64,000 nucleotides of DNA from Betaproteobacteria bacterium. GTDB lineage: Bacteria > Pseudomonadota > Gammaproteobacteria > Burkholderiales > SG8-41. The stretch covers positions 27,116-91,115 of the forward strand of contig JAQBGW010000004.1 of the NCBI GenBank assembly GCA_032128415.1. Reading direction: 5' to 3'. Within the stretch, counting starts at the first letter, position 1. Every line of letters begins with the position of its first letter. Below, piece after piece: positions 45,674-55,819 of this stretch. The position numbers were made by a program, and so were the translations under genes. Under the pieces are notes generated by a model. That model was not told where the DNA came from, did no database searches, and saw only the letters and a program-made list of their open reading frames with translations.

Positions 45674-47812
45674 TCAGCCTTTGACGCGGCTGATGCGCAC
45701 GACTTCAGGAATCTTGCGCAAGTCGCGCACGATGCGGGCGAGGTGCATGCGGTTCAACACCTGCACGGTAAAGCGCATGCCGGTATAGGTGCCGCCGTCT
45801 TCGGGCTCGACGGCGACATTCTGGATGTTGGAATTCGCCTCGGCGATTTCTGCGGCCACCTTGGCCAGTACGCCGCGCTGGTTGGCGACCACCAGGCGGA
45901 TGCCGACATCAAAAAGTTTGGACGGACTCGCGTCCCATTGCACGTCGAGCAGGCGATCGGGATCGCGGTGGCTTTTGGCGATGATCGAACAGTCGTGGGT
46001 ATGTACCACCATGCCCTGGCCCTTGCTGATGACGCCGATGATGGGATCGCCCGGGATCGGTCCGCAGCAGCGCGCAAACTGCACGGCGAGTCCCTCTGAA
46101 CCGCGCACAACCATGGTGCCGGCAGGGCGGTTTGCCGCCGGCAGCGGCTCGCCGCGCGCCAGCAACTGATGGGCGACAACGACGGCGAGGCGTTTGCCCA
46201 GGCCGATGTCGGACAGTATGTCGTCGCGTGTTTTGGTGTTTGATTCGCGTACCAGCTTGGCCCATTGCGCATCAGTGATTTCCGAGATGCTGGATTTGAA
46301 GTTGCTCACCGCCTGCTGCAGCAGGCGCTTGCCCAGCTCCACCGACTCGGAGAAATGCATGGTCTTCAAATAATGACGGATATGCGCACGCGCCTTGGCC
46401 GTGGCGACGAAGTTGAGCCAGAGCGGATTGGGTTTGGCGTGCGAGGCAGTTATGATTTCCACGCGATCGCCGTTGCGCAATTCCGTGCGCAGCGGCATCA
46501 GCTCCTGGTTTATTTTGACAGCTACGCAGCGATTGCCGATGTCGGTATGCACCGAATAGGCGAAATCGACCGCGCAGGCACCGCGGGGCAAGGCAAGGAT
46601 TTTGCCTTGGGGCGTAAACACATAGACCGCATCCGGAAACAGGTCGACCTTGAGGTGCTCAAGAAATTCAGCCGAATCGCCGGATTCGGTTTGTATTTCC
46701 AGCAGACTCTGCAGCCACAGGTGCGTTTTCTGCTGCAAATCCGAGAGCGAAGTATCTGAACTCTTGTACAGCCAGTGCGAGGCGACACCGGATTCGGCAA
46801 TTTTGTGCATATCGGCGGTGCGGATCTGGATTTCGATCGGGCTGCCGAAAGGGCCGAACAGCGTGGTATGCAACGACTGATAACCGTTGGCCCTGGGTAT
46901 GGCGATGTAATCCTTGAATTTTCCGGGAATCGGTTTGTAGAGACCGTGCAACACACCCAGCGCCACATAGCAGGCCTGAGTGTCCTGGACGACGACGCGG
47001 AAACCGAATACATCCTGCACTTGAGCGAACGACAAATGCTTTTCACGCATCTTGCGGTACACCGAGTGCAGGTGTTTTTCACGTCCCTGCACCTGCGCTT
47101 CCAGTCTCTGTTCGGCGAGACGGCGTTGAATGCCATCGAGCACCTTGCTTAACACCTCGCGCCGGTTGCCGCGCGCTGTCTTTACAGCTTTGGCAAGCAC
47201 GCGAAAGCGGTCGGGATACAGATGCTGGAACGACAGATCCGACATTTCCTGGTAGAGCGCGTTCAGTCCCAGGCGGTTGGCGATGGGGGCGTAGATGTCC
47301 AGTGTTTCGCGCGCGATGCGCTGACGCTTCTCCGGCGGCACGGCGTCCAGCGTGCGCATGTTGTGCAGGCGGTCGGCAAGTTTGATCAGCATGACACGCA
47401 CGTCGCGTGCCATTGCGAGCAGCATCTTGCGGAAGTTCTCGGCCTGCGCTTTTTCCTGCGTACCGAATTCGATGCGATCGAGTTTGGATACGCCGTCCAC
47501 CAGATCGGCGACCGGTTTGCCGAAGCGTTCGGCAATCTGCTGTTTGGTGATTGCAGTATCTTCGACGACATCGTGCAGCAGCGCTGCCGTCAGCGCCTGG
47601 GAGTCGAGATGCCATTGCGCCAGAATGCTGGCTACGGCCAGCGGGTGCGCGATGTAAGGTTCGCCTGATTCGCGAAACTGGCCCTGGTGCGCTGATTCGC
47701 TGAAATGATATGCAGCTTCGAGCTGCAACAGGTCTTCGGGTTTAAGGTAACCGGACCATTCCCCGAACAGTGCACGGGACGCCGCCGTCGTGGTGGGAAT
47801 GGGTGCGGTCAT
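45674..47812 (-). CDS. spoT: bifunctional (p)ppGpp synthetase / hydrolase
   Basis: 712 aa. HD hydrolase motif (HPLAVA...HDVVEDT), RelA/SpoT synthetase, TGS and ACT regions. Lies downstream of rpoZ as in the canonical gmk-rpoZ-spoT operon. Confidence 0.95.
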   Translation of the reverse strand: MTAPIPTTTAASRALFGEWSGYLKPEDLLQLEAAYHFSESAHQGQFRESGEPYIAHPLAVASILAQWHLDSQALTAALLHDVVEDTAITKQQIAERFGKPVADLVDGVSKLDRIEFGTQEKAQAENFRKMLLAMARDVRVMLIKLADRLHNMRTLDAVPPEKRQRIARETLDIYAPIANRLGLNALYQEMSDLSFQHLYPDRFRVLAKAVKTARGNRREVLSKVLDGIQRRLAEQRLEAQVQGREKHLHSVYRKMREKHLSFAQVQDVFGFRVVVQDTQACYVALGVLHGLYKPIPGKFKDYIAIPRANGYQSLHTTLFGPFGSPIEIQIRTADMHKIAESGVASHWLYKSSDTSLSDLQQKTHLWLQSLLEIQTESGDSAEFLEHLKVDLFPDAVYVFTPQGKILALPRGACAVDFAYSVHTDIGNRCVAVKINQELMPLRTELRNGDRVEIITASHAKPNPLWLNFVATAKARAHIRHYLKTMHFSESVELGKRLLQQAVSNFKSSISEITDAQWAKLVRESNTKTRDDILSDIGLGKRLAVVVAHQLLARGEPLPAANRPAGTMVVRGSEGLAVQFARCCGPIPGDPIIGVISKGQGMVVHTHDCSIIAKSHRDPDRLLDVQWDASPSKLFDVGIRLVVANQRGVLAKVAAEIAEANSNIQNVAVEPEDGGTYTGMRFTVQVLNRMHLARIVRDLRKIPEVVRISRVKG

Positions 47813-47876
47813 GCGTCCGGGGGGTGCGCCGTCCGCAGTCAGGAGTCACACCCCAGATCGAGGCGCGTAGCGCCTG

Positions 47877-48083
47877 CTACGACGGGCTTTTATTGAGGAT
47901 TTCGGCGCCGTAGCGGCCCGCGGCGAGTTCCCGCAGCGCAATGACCGTGGGTTTATCGCGGGTGGCGTCGATCAAAGGCTGAGCGCCGTTTGCCAGTTGG
48001 CGAGCACGATAAGTCGCCGCCAGGGACATTTCAAACCGGTTGGGGATGATTTTGATGCAATCGTCAACAGTAATGCGGGCCAT
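47877..48083 (-). CDS. rpoZ: DNA-directed RNA polymerase subunit omega
   Basis: 68 aa. [30 protein letters not shown]. Confidence 0.95.
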   Translation of the reverse strand: MARITVDDCIKIIPNRFEMSLAATYRARQLANGAQPLIDATRDKPTVIALRELAAGRYGAEILNKSPS

Positions 48084-48094
48084 GATTTCTCTAT

Positions 48095-48712
48095 TTAAGT
48101 CGGTTGCTTCAGTCGGTTCATCAGGTCGGAGTGCCGAAGAAGCTGGCGCGTGGTGCGCAGGCGCTCAGCGCGGACTACAGACTGCAATTCTTCCGCAGCG
48201 ATCCGAAATTCACTGTTGATAATAACATAGTCGAACTCGCCCACGTGACTGATCTCGTCCCGGGCGTTGGCGTGGCGCTGCGCGATCACCTCGGGGGTGT
48301 CCTGGCCGCGGGTGTTCAGCCGTTGCAGCAGCGCTTCAAAGGATGGCGGCAAGATGAAAATGCTGATCGACTCCGGCATCAGTTTGTGCACCTGTGCTGC
48401 GCCCTGCCAGTCGATTTCCAGCACGATATCGACGTCGCGGGCCAGATGGTCGGTCACCCACTGGCGGGAGGTGCCATAGCGGTTGCCGTGGACCAGCGCG
48501 GACTCCAGAAAATCCCCCGCCTGTGTCATCTGACTGAACACCTCAGCGGTGATGAAGTGGTAATGACGGCCGTCCGCTTCGCCGGTCCGCGGCTGCCGGG
48601 TGGTGTAGGAGACCGATATGCGAATCTGCGGGTCGGCCTCAATCAGTGCTGCCACCAGACTGGTCTTGCCGGCCCCGGAAGGCGCGCTGATGATGTAGAG
48701 ATTGCCGCTCAT
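48095..48712 (-). CDS. gmk: guanylate kinase
   Basis: 205 aa. P-loop [19 protein letters not shown] motif. Confidence 0.95.
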   Translation of the reverse strand: MSGNLYIISAPSGAGKTSLVAALIEADPQIRISVSYTTRQPRTGEADGRHYHFITAEVFSQMTQAGDFLESALVHGNRYGTSRQWVTDHLARDVDIVLEIDWQGAAQVHKLMPESISIFILPPSFEALLQRLNTRGQDTPEVIAQRHANARDEISHVGEFDYVIINSEFRIAAEELQSVVRAERLRTTRQLLRHSDLMNRLKQPT

Positions 48713-48788
48713 TTAAGGGCGTAAATGGTGAATGGTGAAGGGTGAAGGGCAACAGCACAATGCCGGTTGTTCATGTCCCGCTCCCCGC

Positions 48789-49655
48789 TTACTCGATGTT
48801 CTGGATCTGTTCGCGCATCTGCTCAATAAGCAGTTTGAGATCCATGGCAACCTGGGTTACCGCGATGTCTGCCGATTTTGAGCCGAGGGTGTTGGCTTCA
48901 CGATTGAGTTCCTGCATCAGGAAATCCAGGCGTTTGCCCGCGGCGCCGCCTTTTTTCAGGATACGCTGGATTTCATCGAGGTGCGTGGTGAGCCGGGACA
49001 ATTCCTCATCCACATCGATCTTGTTGATGAACAGCGCCACTTCCTGGCGTACCCGCTCGTCCTCCGCAGACAATAACGCTTCTTTCAGACGGGCATTGAG
49101 CCGTGCTTCGAATGCAGCGATGATCTCCGGCATGCGCGGCTGGACGGTTGCGATGCGTGCGCGTATTTCGGCAGCGCGTTCAAGAATTACCGCGGCGAGT
49201 TTTTCGCCTTCACGGGCGCGCGCTGCCGTGAATTCACGCAGAGCTTCGCGCATCAGTTCAGCGGTGACGGTGCGCATCTCATCGACGGGCAAGGTGTCCG
49301 CGCCGAGCATGCCGGGCCAGCGCAGCACGTCGGCCACCCCCAGCGGCCGGGCATCGGGCAGCGCTGCGCGCACCTGCGCATTGAGTGTCAGCAATTGCGA
49401 AAGCAAAGCAGGATTGGGCTCCGCGCTGCCCGGCGTACCGCTGCGCATCGCGTAGGACACGCGGCACTCGATCTTGCCGCGGGTGGCAGCCACGGCGACC
49501 GCTTCACGCAGAGCTGGTTCGGCCAGCCGCAATTCGTCAGGAATACGGAATGACACATCGAGATAGCGGTGGTTGACCGAGCGCAACTCGAGGCTGACCG
49601 AACCCCAGTCGAGTTCTCGTGCGGTGGTGGCGTATCCGGTCATGCTGTGGATCAT
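48789..49655 (-). CDS. yicC: YicC-family stress-induced protein
   Basis: ATG at 49655 gives MIHSMTGYA.... C-terminal DUF1732-like EQMREQIQNIE. Divergent from rph, as in many proteobacteria. Confidence 0.9.
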   Translation of the reverse strand: MIHSMTGYATTARELDWGSVSLELRSVNHRYLDVSFRIPDELRLAEPALREAVAVAATRGKIECRVSYAMRSGTPGSAEPNPALLSQLLTLNAQVRAALPDARPLGVADVLRWPGMLGADTLPVDEMRTVTAELMREALREFTAARAREGEKLAAVILERAAEIRARIATVQPRMPEIIAAFEARLNARLKEALLSAEDERVRQEVALFINKIDVDEELSRLTTHLDEIQRILKKGGAAGKRLDFLMQELNREANTLGSKSADIAVTQVAMDLKLLIEQMREQIQNIE

Positions 49656-49710
49656 TGCGGCGGGCTTTATAATGAAAGACCCGTGAAACATAGCATATCG
49701 AAGGAGTCCC

Positions 49711-50424
49711 GTGCGACCCAGCCAGCGCAAACCCGGTGAACTGCGCACCGTCCGCATTACCCGCAATTACACCTGCCATGCCGAAGGCGCGGTGCTGATC
49801 GAATTCGGTGCCACCAAAGTGTTATGCACCGCGAGCGTGCTGGAGAAGCAGCCGCCGCATTTGCGCGGTACCGAGCGCGGTTGGGTCACGGCCGAATACG
49901 GCATGCTGCCGCGTTCCACCAATACCCGCACCGACCGCGAAGCGGCGCGCGGCAAACAGTCGGGCCGCACGCAGGAAATCCAGCGCCTGATCGGGCGTTC
50001 GCTGCGTGCCGTGGTCGATCTGGAAAAACTGGGGCCGCGCACCATCCATCTCGATTGCGACGTGCTGCAAGCTGACGGCGGCACGCGCACGGCTGCCATT
50101 ACCGGCGCGTATGTGGCGCTGGCCGATGCAGTGGCTTTCCTGATCCGTGAAAAACGCATTGCGGCGTCACCGCTACGGGAAGCCGTGGCCGCCGTTTCGG
50201 TAGGTGTATTCGAAGGCGTACCGGTACTCGATCTTGATTATGCCGAGGATTCCAAATGCGGTACCGATATGAATGTGGTGATGACGGCGGGCGGGGGATT
50301 GATCGAGGTGCAGGGCACGGCAGAAGGCGCACCGTTCAGTCGCGCCGAAATGCAGGCCATGCTCGATCTCGCGCAGCAGGGCATATCGCAACTGGTGGCT
50401 GCCCAGCATGCGGCGCTGGGCTAA
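49711..50424 (+). CDS. rph: ribonuclease PH
   Basis: 237 aa, GTG start. [33 protein letters not shown]... Confidence 0.95.
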   Translation: MRPSQRKPGELRTVRITRNYTCHAEGAVLIEFGATKVLCTASVLEKQPPHLRGTERGWVTAEYGMLPRSTNTRTDREAARGKQSGRTQEIQRLIGRSLRAVVDLEKLGPRTIHLDCDVLQADGGTRTAAITGAYVALADAVAFLIREKRIAASPLREAVAAVSVGVFEGVPVLDLDYAEDSKCGTDMNVVMTAGGGLIEVQGTAEGAPFSRAEMQAMLDLAQQGISQLVAAQHAALG

Positions 50425-50441
50425 AGCGGAAACCCCAATTC

Positions 50442-50561
50442 AGCCACAGAGGTCGCAGAGGCCACAGAGAAGAGCGGGTTGATGATGCTTGGGTAGCCAG
50501 CAACTTTGCAGCGCATCTTTTGGTTTTGTTTTCCTCTATGTTCTCTGTGCCCTCTGTGGCT
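50442..50561. repeat. REP-like inverted repeat element
   Basis: The left arm AGCCACAGAGGtcgcAGAGGCCACAGAGAA and right arm TTCTCTGTGCCCTCTGTGGCT are imperfect reverse complements about 60 nt apart. Typical of the dispersed repeats that generate spurious SVPSVA/LCALCG ORFs. Confidence 0.5.
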
Positions 50562-50580
50562 AATGTTTTTGACTTTCAAA

Positions 50581-51195
50581 ATGAAAAAACTCGTCATCGC
50601 CACCAACAATCCGGGCAAGTTACGCGAAATCGGCGCCATCCTTGCGCCGCTGGCGATTGAGGTCGTGGCGCAGGGTGCGCTCGGCGTGAGCGAGGCTGAG
50701 GAGCCGCACTGCACGTTTGTCGAGAACGCGCTGGCCAAGGCGCGTCATGCCAGTCGCGCGACCGGATTGCCGGCACTGGCGGATGATTCCGGGGTGTGCG
50801 TGTCTGCGCTTAACGGTGAGCCCGGTGTGCATTCGGCGCGATATGCAGCGGCCCCCGAGGTTGCCGGACGCGAAGATCAGGATCGGCGCAACAATAACAA
50901 GCTGCTGCACGCGCTGGCTGGCGTTGCAGACCGGCGCGCACACTATTGCTGCGTGATTGCGTTGGTGCGTCATGCTGACGATCCGCAGCCGCTGCTCTTT
51001 GAAGCGGAATGGCACGGTGAAATTCTTGATGCGCCGCGTGGCGAGGGCGGCTTCGGCTATGACCCGTTGTTCCATATCCCGGCGCTGGGCAAGACCGGCG
51101 CTGAATTGCCGCTGGCAGAAAAGAATCGCATCAGCCACCGTGGGCGTGCCCTGGCGCTGCTGCTTGAGCGCCTGCGCGCCATGGGCTCGGGCTGA
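50581..51195 (+). CDS. rdgB: RdgB/HAM1 non-canonical purine NTP pyrophosphatase
   Basis: ATG at 50581. MKKLVIATNNPGKLREI. SHRG motif near the C-terminus. Confidence 0.9.
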   Translation: MKKLVIATNNPGKLREIGAILAPLAIEVVAQGALGVSEAEEPHCTFVENALAKARHASRATGLPALADDSGVCVSALNGEPGVHSARYAAAPEVAGREDQDRRNNNKLLHALAGVADRRAHYCCVIALVRHADDPQPLLFEAEWHGEILDAPRGEGGFGYDPLFHIPALGKTGAELPLAEKNRISHRGRALALLLERLRAMGSG

Positions 51196-51215
51196 CACCC
51201 CGCCAACGATTAGTC

Positions 51216-52397
51216 ATGATTACCCCTACTGCGCTCCACACCTCGCGCTCCGCGCCGTCATTTGATGCTTTGCCGCCGCTGTCGCTGTACATCCACATTC
51301 CGTGGTGCGTGCGTAAATGCCCCTATTGCGATTTCAATTCGCACGAGGCGCGCGGCGTATTGCCCGAGGATGAATACGTGGCGGCGTTGTTGTGCGATCT
51401 GGAATCGGCTCTGCCGCAGGTGTGGAGCCGGCCGGTGTTGACGGTGTTTATCGGTGGCGGCACGCCCAGTCTGCTGTCGGTGCGCGCGCTGGATGCGTTG
51501 TTGTCGGGTGTGCGCGCCCGTGTGCCGCTGGCGGTGGATGCGGAAATCACGATGGAGGCCAACCCCGGCACGGTGGAAGCGGAAAAATTTTCCGGATTTC
51601 ATGCGGCCGGCGTGAACCGCCTGTCGCTGGGCATCCAGAGTTTCAATGACCGTCATCTCACGGCACTGGGACGCATCCACGACGGCGCGCAGGCGCATCG
51701 CGCTGCGGAACTCGCGCTCGGCACCTTCGCCAACGTCAATCTCGATCTGATGTACGGCTTGCCCGGTCAGACGCTGGCTGAGGCTGAGGCCGATATGGCA
51801 ACGGCGAGTGCGCTGGCGCCGGCGCATGTCAGCGCCTATCACCTGACGCTGGAACCGAACACGTATTTTCACCGCTATCCGCCGGCGTTGCCTGATGACG
51901 ATGCAACAGCAGATATGCAGTCCGCCATCGAGGCGCAACTGGGGGCTGCCGGCTACGATCATTACGAGACTTCCGCGTTCGCGCAGTCCGGTGCGCGCAG
52001 CCGCCACAATCTCAACTATTGGATGTTCGGCGACTATCTCGGCATCGGCGCCGGCGCACACAGTAAAATATCGTTTAAAAACAACATATTACGAGAATCC
52101 CGCCCGCGTCAACCCAAAGCCTATCTGGCGCAGGCCGGGAGCGCCGGCGCGTTGGCGGCGCAGGCCGTTACGGTCGCCGAACTGCCGGGCGAATTCATGA
52201 TGAATGCGCTGCGCCTCAACGCGGGTTTTGAACTTGCGCTGTACCCGGAACGCACGGGCCTTGCTCTGACCTCCGTGTTGGCAGGATTGGAGCAGGCTGA
52301 AGCGCGGGGCCTGATCATCCGTGATCACCAGCGCGTGACACCGACCCCACTGGGCCGGCGCTTCCTGAACGACCTGATTGGAATATTTCTGCCCTGA
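51216..52397 (+). CDS. hemW: radical SAM heme chaperone HemW (HemN-like)
   Basis: 393 aa. CVRKCPYCDFNS CxxxCxxC motif. Conserved rph-rdgB-hemW order. Confidence 0.9.
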   Translation: MITPTALHTSRSAPSFDALPPLSLYIHIPWCVRKCPYCDFNSHEARGVLPEDEYVAALLCDLESALPQVWSRPVLTVFIGGGTPSLLSVRALDALLSGVRARVPLAVDAEITMEANPGTVEAEKFSGFHAAGVNRLSLGIQSFNDRHLTALGRIHDGAQAHRAAELALGTFANVNLDLMYGLPGQTLAEAEADMATASALAPAHVSAYHLTLEPNTYFHRYPPALPDDDATADMQSAIEAQLGAAGYDHYETSAFAQSGARSRHNLNYWMFGDYLGIGAGAHSKISFKNNILRESRPRQPKAYLAQAGSAGALAAQAVTVAELPGEFMMNALRLNAGFELALYPERTGLALTSVLAGLEQAEARGLIIRDHQRVTPTPLGRRFLNDLIGIFLP

Positions 52398-52815
52398 GCC
52401 CTGGCGGGATTAGTAGTGGGCAGTTGCCGGGGTGTTCAAGCACACTGGTCCGGCGGCCGTAAATCACCCATGAGCGTATCGGCGCTTCCCACTGGCAGGG
52501 GAAATGATCAAGATCATTACATCACTGCCGAGGATGTCGATCTGTCCAGAGGGCGGCCTGGAGGTGGCGACCGTATTGTGAAATTTGAGAAGCCTGAAAC
52601 CTGGGGTATAGACATCGCCCGGTTTCTCTAGAATTGGGTTTATCCGCTGTTTTCCGTCTACGCCCGCCCGGCTCTCGCGCGGGCGTTGCGTTTCCAGAAC
52701 CACGGTCTAGAATAGCGCGTTTGCCGATTTCCAGCGCCGGTTCTGCCGGTTTACGGGCAGGGCTCCCACCCATACTTTTAGAGAAATTCCAGGTAATTCC
52801 AAAAAGAGAGGCTCC

Positions 52816-53793
52816 ATGATCAGCATCAAAAAAAGCATTATTACGTCGCTCATTGCAGTAACCACGCTGGTCAGCGGTGTTGCGCAGGCCCAGGCCTATC
52901 CCAACAGGCCGGTGCGATTTGTCGTGACCTATCCCGCCGGCGGGAGTTCCGATGTGATGGCGCGCATCATCGGCAAAAAACTGACCGAAATCTGGGGCCA
53001 GCAGGTGCTGGTAGAGTCCCGTCCCGGTGCGGCAGGCGCCGTCGGCATGGAGTTTGCCGCCAGGCAGGCGCCCGACGGTTACACCTTCCTGCTCGGCAAC
53101 TTCGGACCGGTACTGGCCAATCCGCTGCTGAACAAGGTCAAGTACAACGTCGATAAGGATTTCCTCCCGGTCGGGCAGATCACCCGCGCGGCCAACATCC
53201 TGGTGACGCCGAACACGCTCCCGGTCAACAGCGTGCAAGACCTGATCGCGCTGGCAAAAAAGAATCCTGGCGTACTGACCTACGCCACCAGTGGCTCCGG
53301 CAGCATGTCACACCTCGCCGGCGAAATGTTCAAACGTCTGGCCAAGGTGGACATCATCACCGTGCCGTTCCAAGGCGGCGTGTACTCGATCGCCGCAGTG
53401 CAGGGTGGTCATATCATGCTGATGTTTTCCGATGCGCAGCCGGTCATGGGCAACCTGAAGGCCGGCAGGCTGAAGGCGCTGGCAGTGACCAGCGCCAAGC
53501 GTACGCCGTTCACCCCCGAATTGCCGACGCTGGCCGAGGCGGGCATCAAGGGATTCGCCGCTGCCAACTGGTGGGGCATCCTGTTCCCGGCCGGAGTGCA
53601 GAAATCCATAGTGGACAAGATTTCGGCAGATCTCGGCCGCGCGCTTGATGATGACGTAGTGAAGAAGAATCTCGGGTTGATGGCCATCGAGGCGGTGTAC
53701 AGCAAACCCGACCAGTTTGCGGCCTTCATCCGGTCCGAGCGCAAACTCTGGGGCGACCTGATCCGCGATGCAAAAATCACCGGCAATCAGTAA
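52816..53793 (+). CDS. Bug-family (TctC-like) substrate-binding protein
   Basis: Signal peptide. YPNRPVRFVVTYPAGGSSD...SRPGAAG signature. Confidence 0.9.
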   Translation: MISIKKSIITSLIAVTTLVSGVAQAQAYPNRPVRFVVTYPAGGSSDVMARIIGKKLTEIWGQQVLVESRPGAAGAVGMEFAARQAPDGYTFLLGNFGPVLANPLLNKVKYNVDKDFLPVGQITRAANILVTPNTLPVNSVQDLIALAKKNPGVLTYATSGSGSMSHLAGEMFKRLAKVDIITVPFQGGVYSIAAVQGGHIMLMFSDAQPVMGNLKAGRLKALAVTSAKRTPFTPELPTLAEAGIKGFAAANWWGILFPAGVQKSIVDKISADLGRALDDDVVKKNLGLMAIEAVYSKPDQFAAFIRSERKLWGDLIRDAKITGNQ

Positions 53794-53812
53794 CGCAGTT
53801 TTGTTTTGAACG

Positions 53813-53840
53813 AAAACGGCAGCCTGCGGGCTGCCGTTTT
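53813..53840. terminator. bidirectional Rho-independent terminator
   Basis: AAAACGGCAGCC-tgcg-GGCTGCCGTTTT perfect stem with A/T flanks, between convergent genes. It abuts the trmB stop. Confidence 0.7.
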
Positions 53841-54521
53841 TCATGGACGTTTGCGGAACACGATGTCCCAGACGCCGTGGCCAAGATTCAGGCCGCGGGT
53901 CTCGAACTTCGTCTGTGGGCGATAGGCGGGACGCTCGGCATAGCCGGTTGCGGTGTTGGTGAGCGCCGGTTCTGCGCCCAGAACGGCGAGGATCTGCTCG
54001 GCGTATTCCTGCCAGTCGGTCGCGGCATGCAAATAGCCACCCGGTTTCAGACGGGATGCGGCGAGCGCGACGAATGCAGGCTGGATCAACCGCCGTTTGT
54101 GGTGACGTTTCTTGGGCCACGGATCGGGAAAGAAAATGTGCATGCCACTAAGGCTGGCTGGCGCGACCATGCGTTCAAGTACAGCCACGGCATCGTGCTG
54201 TATGACGCGTACATTGGTCAGACCTGCTTCATCGATCTGTTTCAACAGGCTGCCCACACCGGGCGTATGCACTTCGACGCCGAGGTAATTGATACCAGGA
54301 TTTGCGGCGGCGACGGCGACAGTGGTTTCACCCATGCCGCAGCCGATTTCAAGAATGCACGGCGCCTGTCGGCCAAAAACAGCTTCAGGATTGATATTTT
54401 GTTCCTGAAAGGCAATACCGTAGCGCGGTAGCAGCGTGTCGTGCGCCCGGCGCTGGGCGTTCGAGACGCGGCCCTGACGCAACACATAGCTGCGGATGGA
54501 TCGGTGGTGCGGGGTGGTCAT
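53841..54521 (-). CDS. trmB: tRNA (guanine46-N7)-methyltransferase
   Basis: 226 aa. [12 protein letters not shown] motif and [14 protein letters not shown]. Confidence 0.9.
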   Translation of the reverse strand: MTTPHHRSIRSYVLRQGRVSNAQRRAHDTLLPRYGIAFQEQNINPEAVFGRQAPCILEIGCGMGETTVAVAAANPGINYLGVEVHTPGVGSLLKQIDEAGLTNVRVIQHDAVAVLERMVAPASLSGMHIFFPDPWPKKRHHKRRLIQPAFVALAASRLKPGGYLHAATDWQEYAEQILAVLGAEPALTNTATGYAERPAYRPQTKFETRGLNLGHGVWDIVFRKRP

Positions 54522-54607
54522 TCCCGTCGAGTGTAGCGGGAAATGGCTGCAAGCAGCTTAGCGGAACGTGCCCGAACCGTGCGCCACCGGCGGATCAGGG
54601 GTATCGT

Positions 54608-55411
54608 CTAATTCTTGCCGATGAGTCCGGCGGTCGGCGAACTGGGTGCAGCCGAATAGAGTTTTTTCGGCATGCGTCCCGCGCGGTACGCCTCACGGCC
54701 GGCTTCAACCGCTTTTTTCATGGCAGAGGCCATCATCACCGGATTATTTGCTACAGCTACTGCGGTATTCATCAATACTGCGTCGCAACCCAGTTCCATG
54801 GCGATGGTAGCGTCGGAAGCGGTGCCGACACCGGCATCGACTACCACCGGCACTTTTGCATTTTCAATAATGATTTGCAGGTTCCACGGATTGAGTATGC
54901 CCATGCCCGATCCAATCAATGAAGCCAGTGGCATGATGGCTACGCAGCCGATGTCTTCCAGTTGTCTGGCGATGATGGGGTCGTCAGAGGTGTAGACCAT
55001 GACCTTGAAGCCGTCTTTTACCAGCGTTTTTGCCGCAGCGATGGTTTCAACCACGTTGGGATACAGGGTCTTAGGGTCGCCCAGCACTTCCAGCTTGACC
55101 AGATCGTGGCCGTCGAGCAGTTCCCGCGCCAGCCGCAGCGTGCGCACCGCATCGTCTGCGCTGTAGCAGCCCGCTGTATTGGGCAGCAGGGTGTACTTGG
55201 ACGGTGGTATGGCGTCGAGCAGATTGGGCTCGCCGGGATTCTGCCCGATGTTGGTGCGGCGGATGGCAACAGTGACAATCTGTGCGCCGCTGGCTTCCAC
55301 CGCAGCGCGGGTTTCAGCGAAGTCTTTGTACTTGCCGGTGCCGATCAGCAGTCGGGATTGGTAAGCGGTGCCGCCGATCAGCAGCGGATCGACGTTTTCA
55401 TGTGGTTTCAT
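54608..55411 (-). CDS. thiG: thiazole synthase
   Basis: ATG at 55411. LLIGTGKY...LLPNTAGC...VMVYTSDDP...[11 protein letters not shown]...[12 protein letters not shown]. Confidence 0.95.
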   Translation of the reverse strand: MKPHENVDPLLIGGTAYQSRLLIGTGKYKDFAETRAAVEASGAQIVTVAIRRTNIGQNPGEPNLLDAIPPSKYTLLPNTAGCYSADDAVRTLRLARELLDGHDLVKLEVLGDPKTLYPNVVETIAAAKTLVKDGFKVMVYTSDDPIIARQLEDIGCVAIMPLASLIGSGMGILNPWNLQIIIENAKVPVVVDAGVGTASDATIAMELGCDAVLMNTAVAVANNPVMMASAMKKAVEAGREAYRAGRMPKKLYSAAPSSPTAGLIGKN

Positions 55412-55492
55412 CGGATAGGGTGTCCAAGAGTACGAGTGACAAAGTGTGCATGTCACGGCGCGTGGTGGCAATGACCACGGTCAAACATTGCG

Positions 55493-55696
55493 TCAGCCAC
55501 CACCGACCGCAACGACGATTTCCAGACGGTCGCCGTTCTCCAACTGGCAATCGCCAAAGCGGCTGCGCGGCACGATTTCACCGTTGCGCTCAATGGCTAT
55601 GCGCTTGCCGGACAGTTCAAGCTGCTTGATCAATTCCGCACAAGTCAGCGCTCGGGGGTGCTGGCGTATTTCGCCGTTGATGGTCAGAGAGATCAT
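55493..55696 (-). CDS. thiS: sulfur carrier protein ThiS
   Basis: 67 aa ending in GG. Immediately upstream of thiG. Confidence 0.9.
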   Translation of the reverse strand: MISLTINGEIRQHPRALTCAELIKQLELSGKRIAIERNGEIVPRSRFGDCQLENGDRLEIVVAVGGG

Positions 55697-55819
55697 GGTG
55701 TTGGCGCCGCGCCGCTTCTATGCTGATATCAAGTTGTTATTCTACCGTTCCCTGCCGGAACTCCGGCAGCCCGATGCTACAATTGATCAGATCCCCCCCC
55801 CCGGCACCCCACAATCAAA

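Noticed and set aside
52416-52631. A 71-aa ORF in the hemW-Bug intergenic region.
   Set aside because: It has no RBS, no recognisable motif, and its composition is not protein-like. The region is kept only as an unexplained non-coding interval.
55697-55815. Possible TPP (THI-box) riboswitch in the thiS leader. The minus strand reads ...GGGGTGCC-G9-ATCTGATC...CTGCCGG-AGTT-CCGGCAG-GGAAC...
   Set aside because: Only fragments of the consensus are present (GGGGUGC, CUGAUC, a P5-like hairpin, GGGAA). The essential CUGAGA pyrimidine-sensor segment and the ACCC closing of P2 are missing, and spacing is wrong by about 20 nt. An Infernal scan with the TPP model would settle it. I expect no significant hit.
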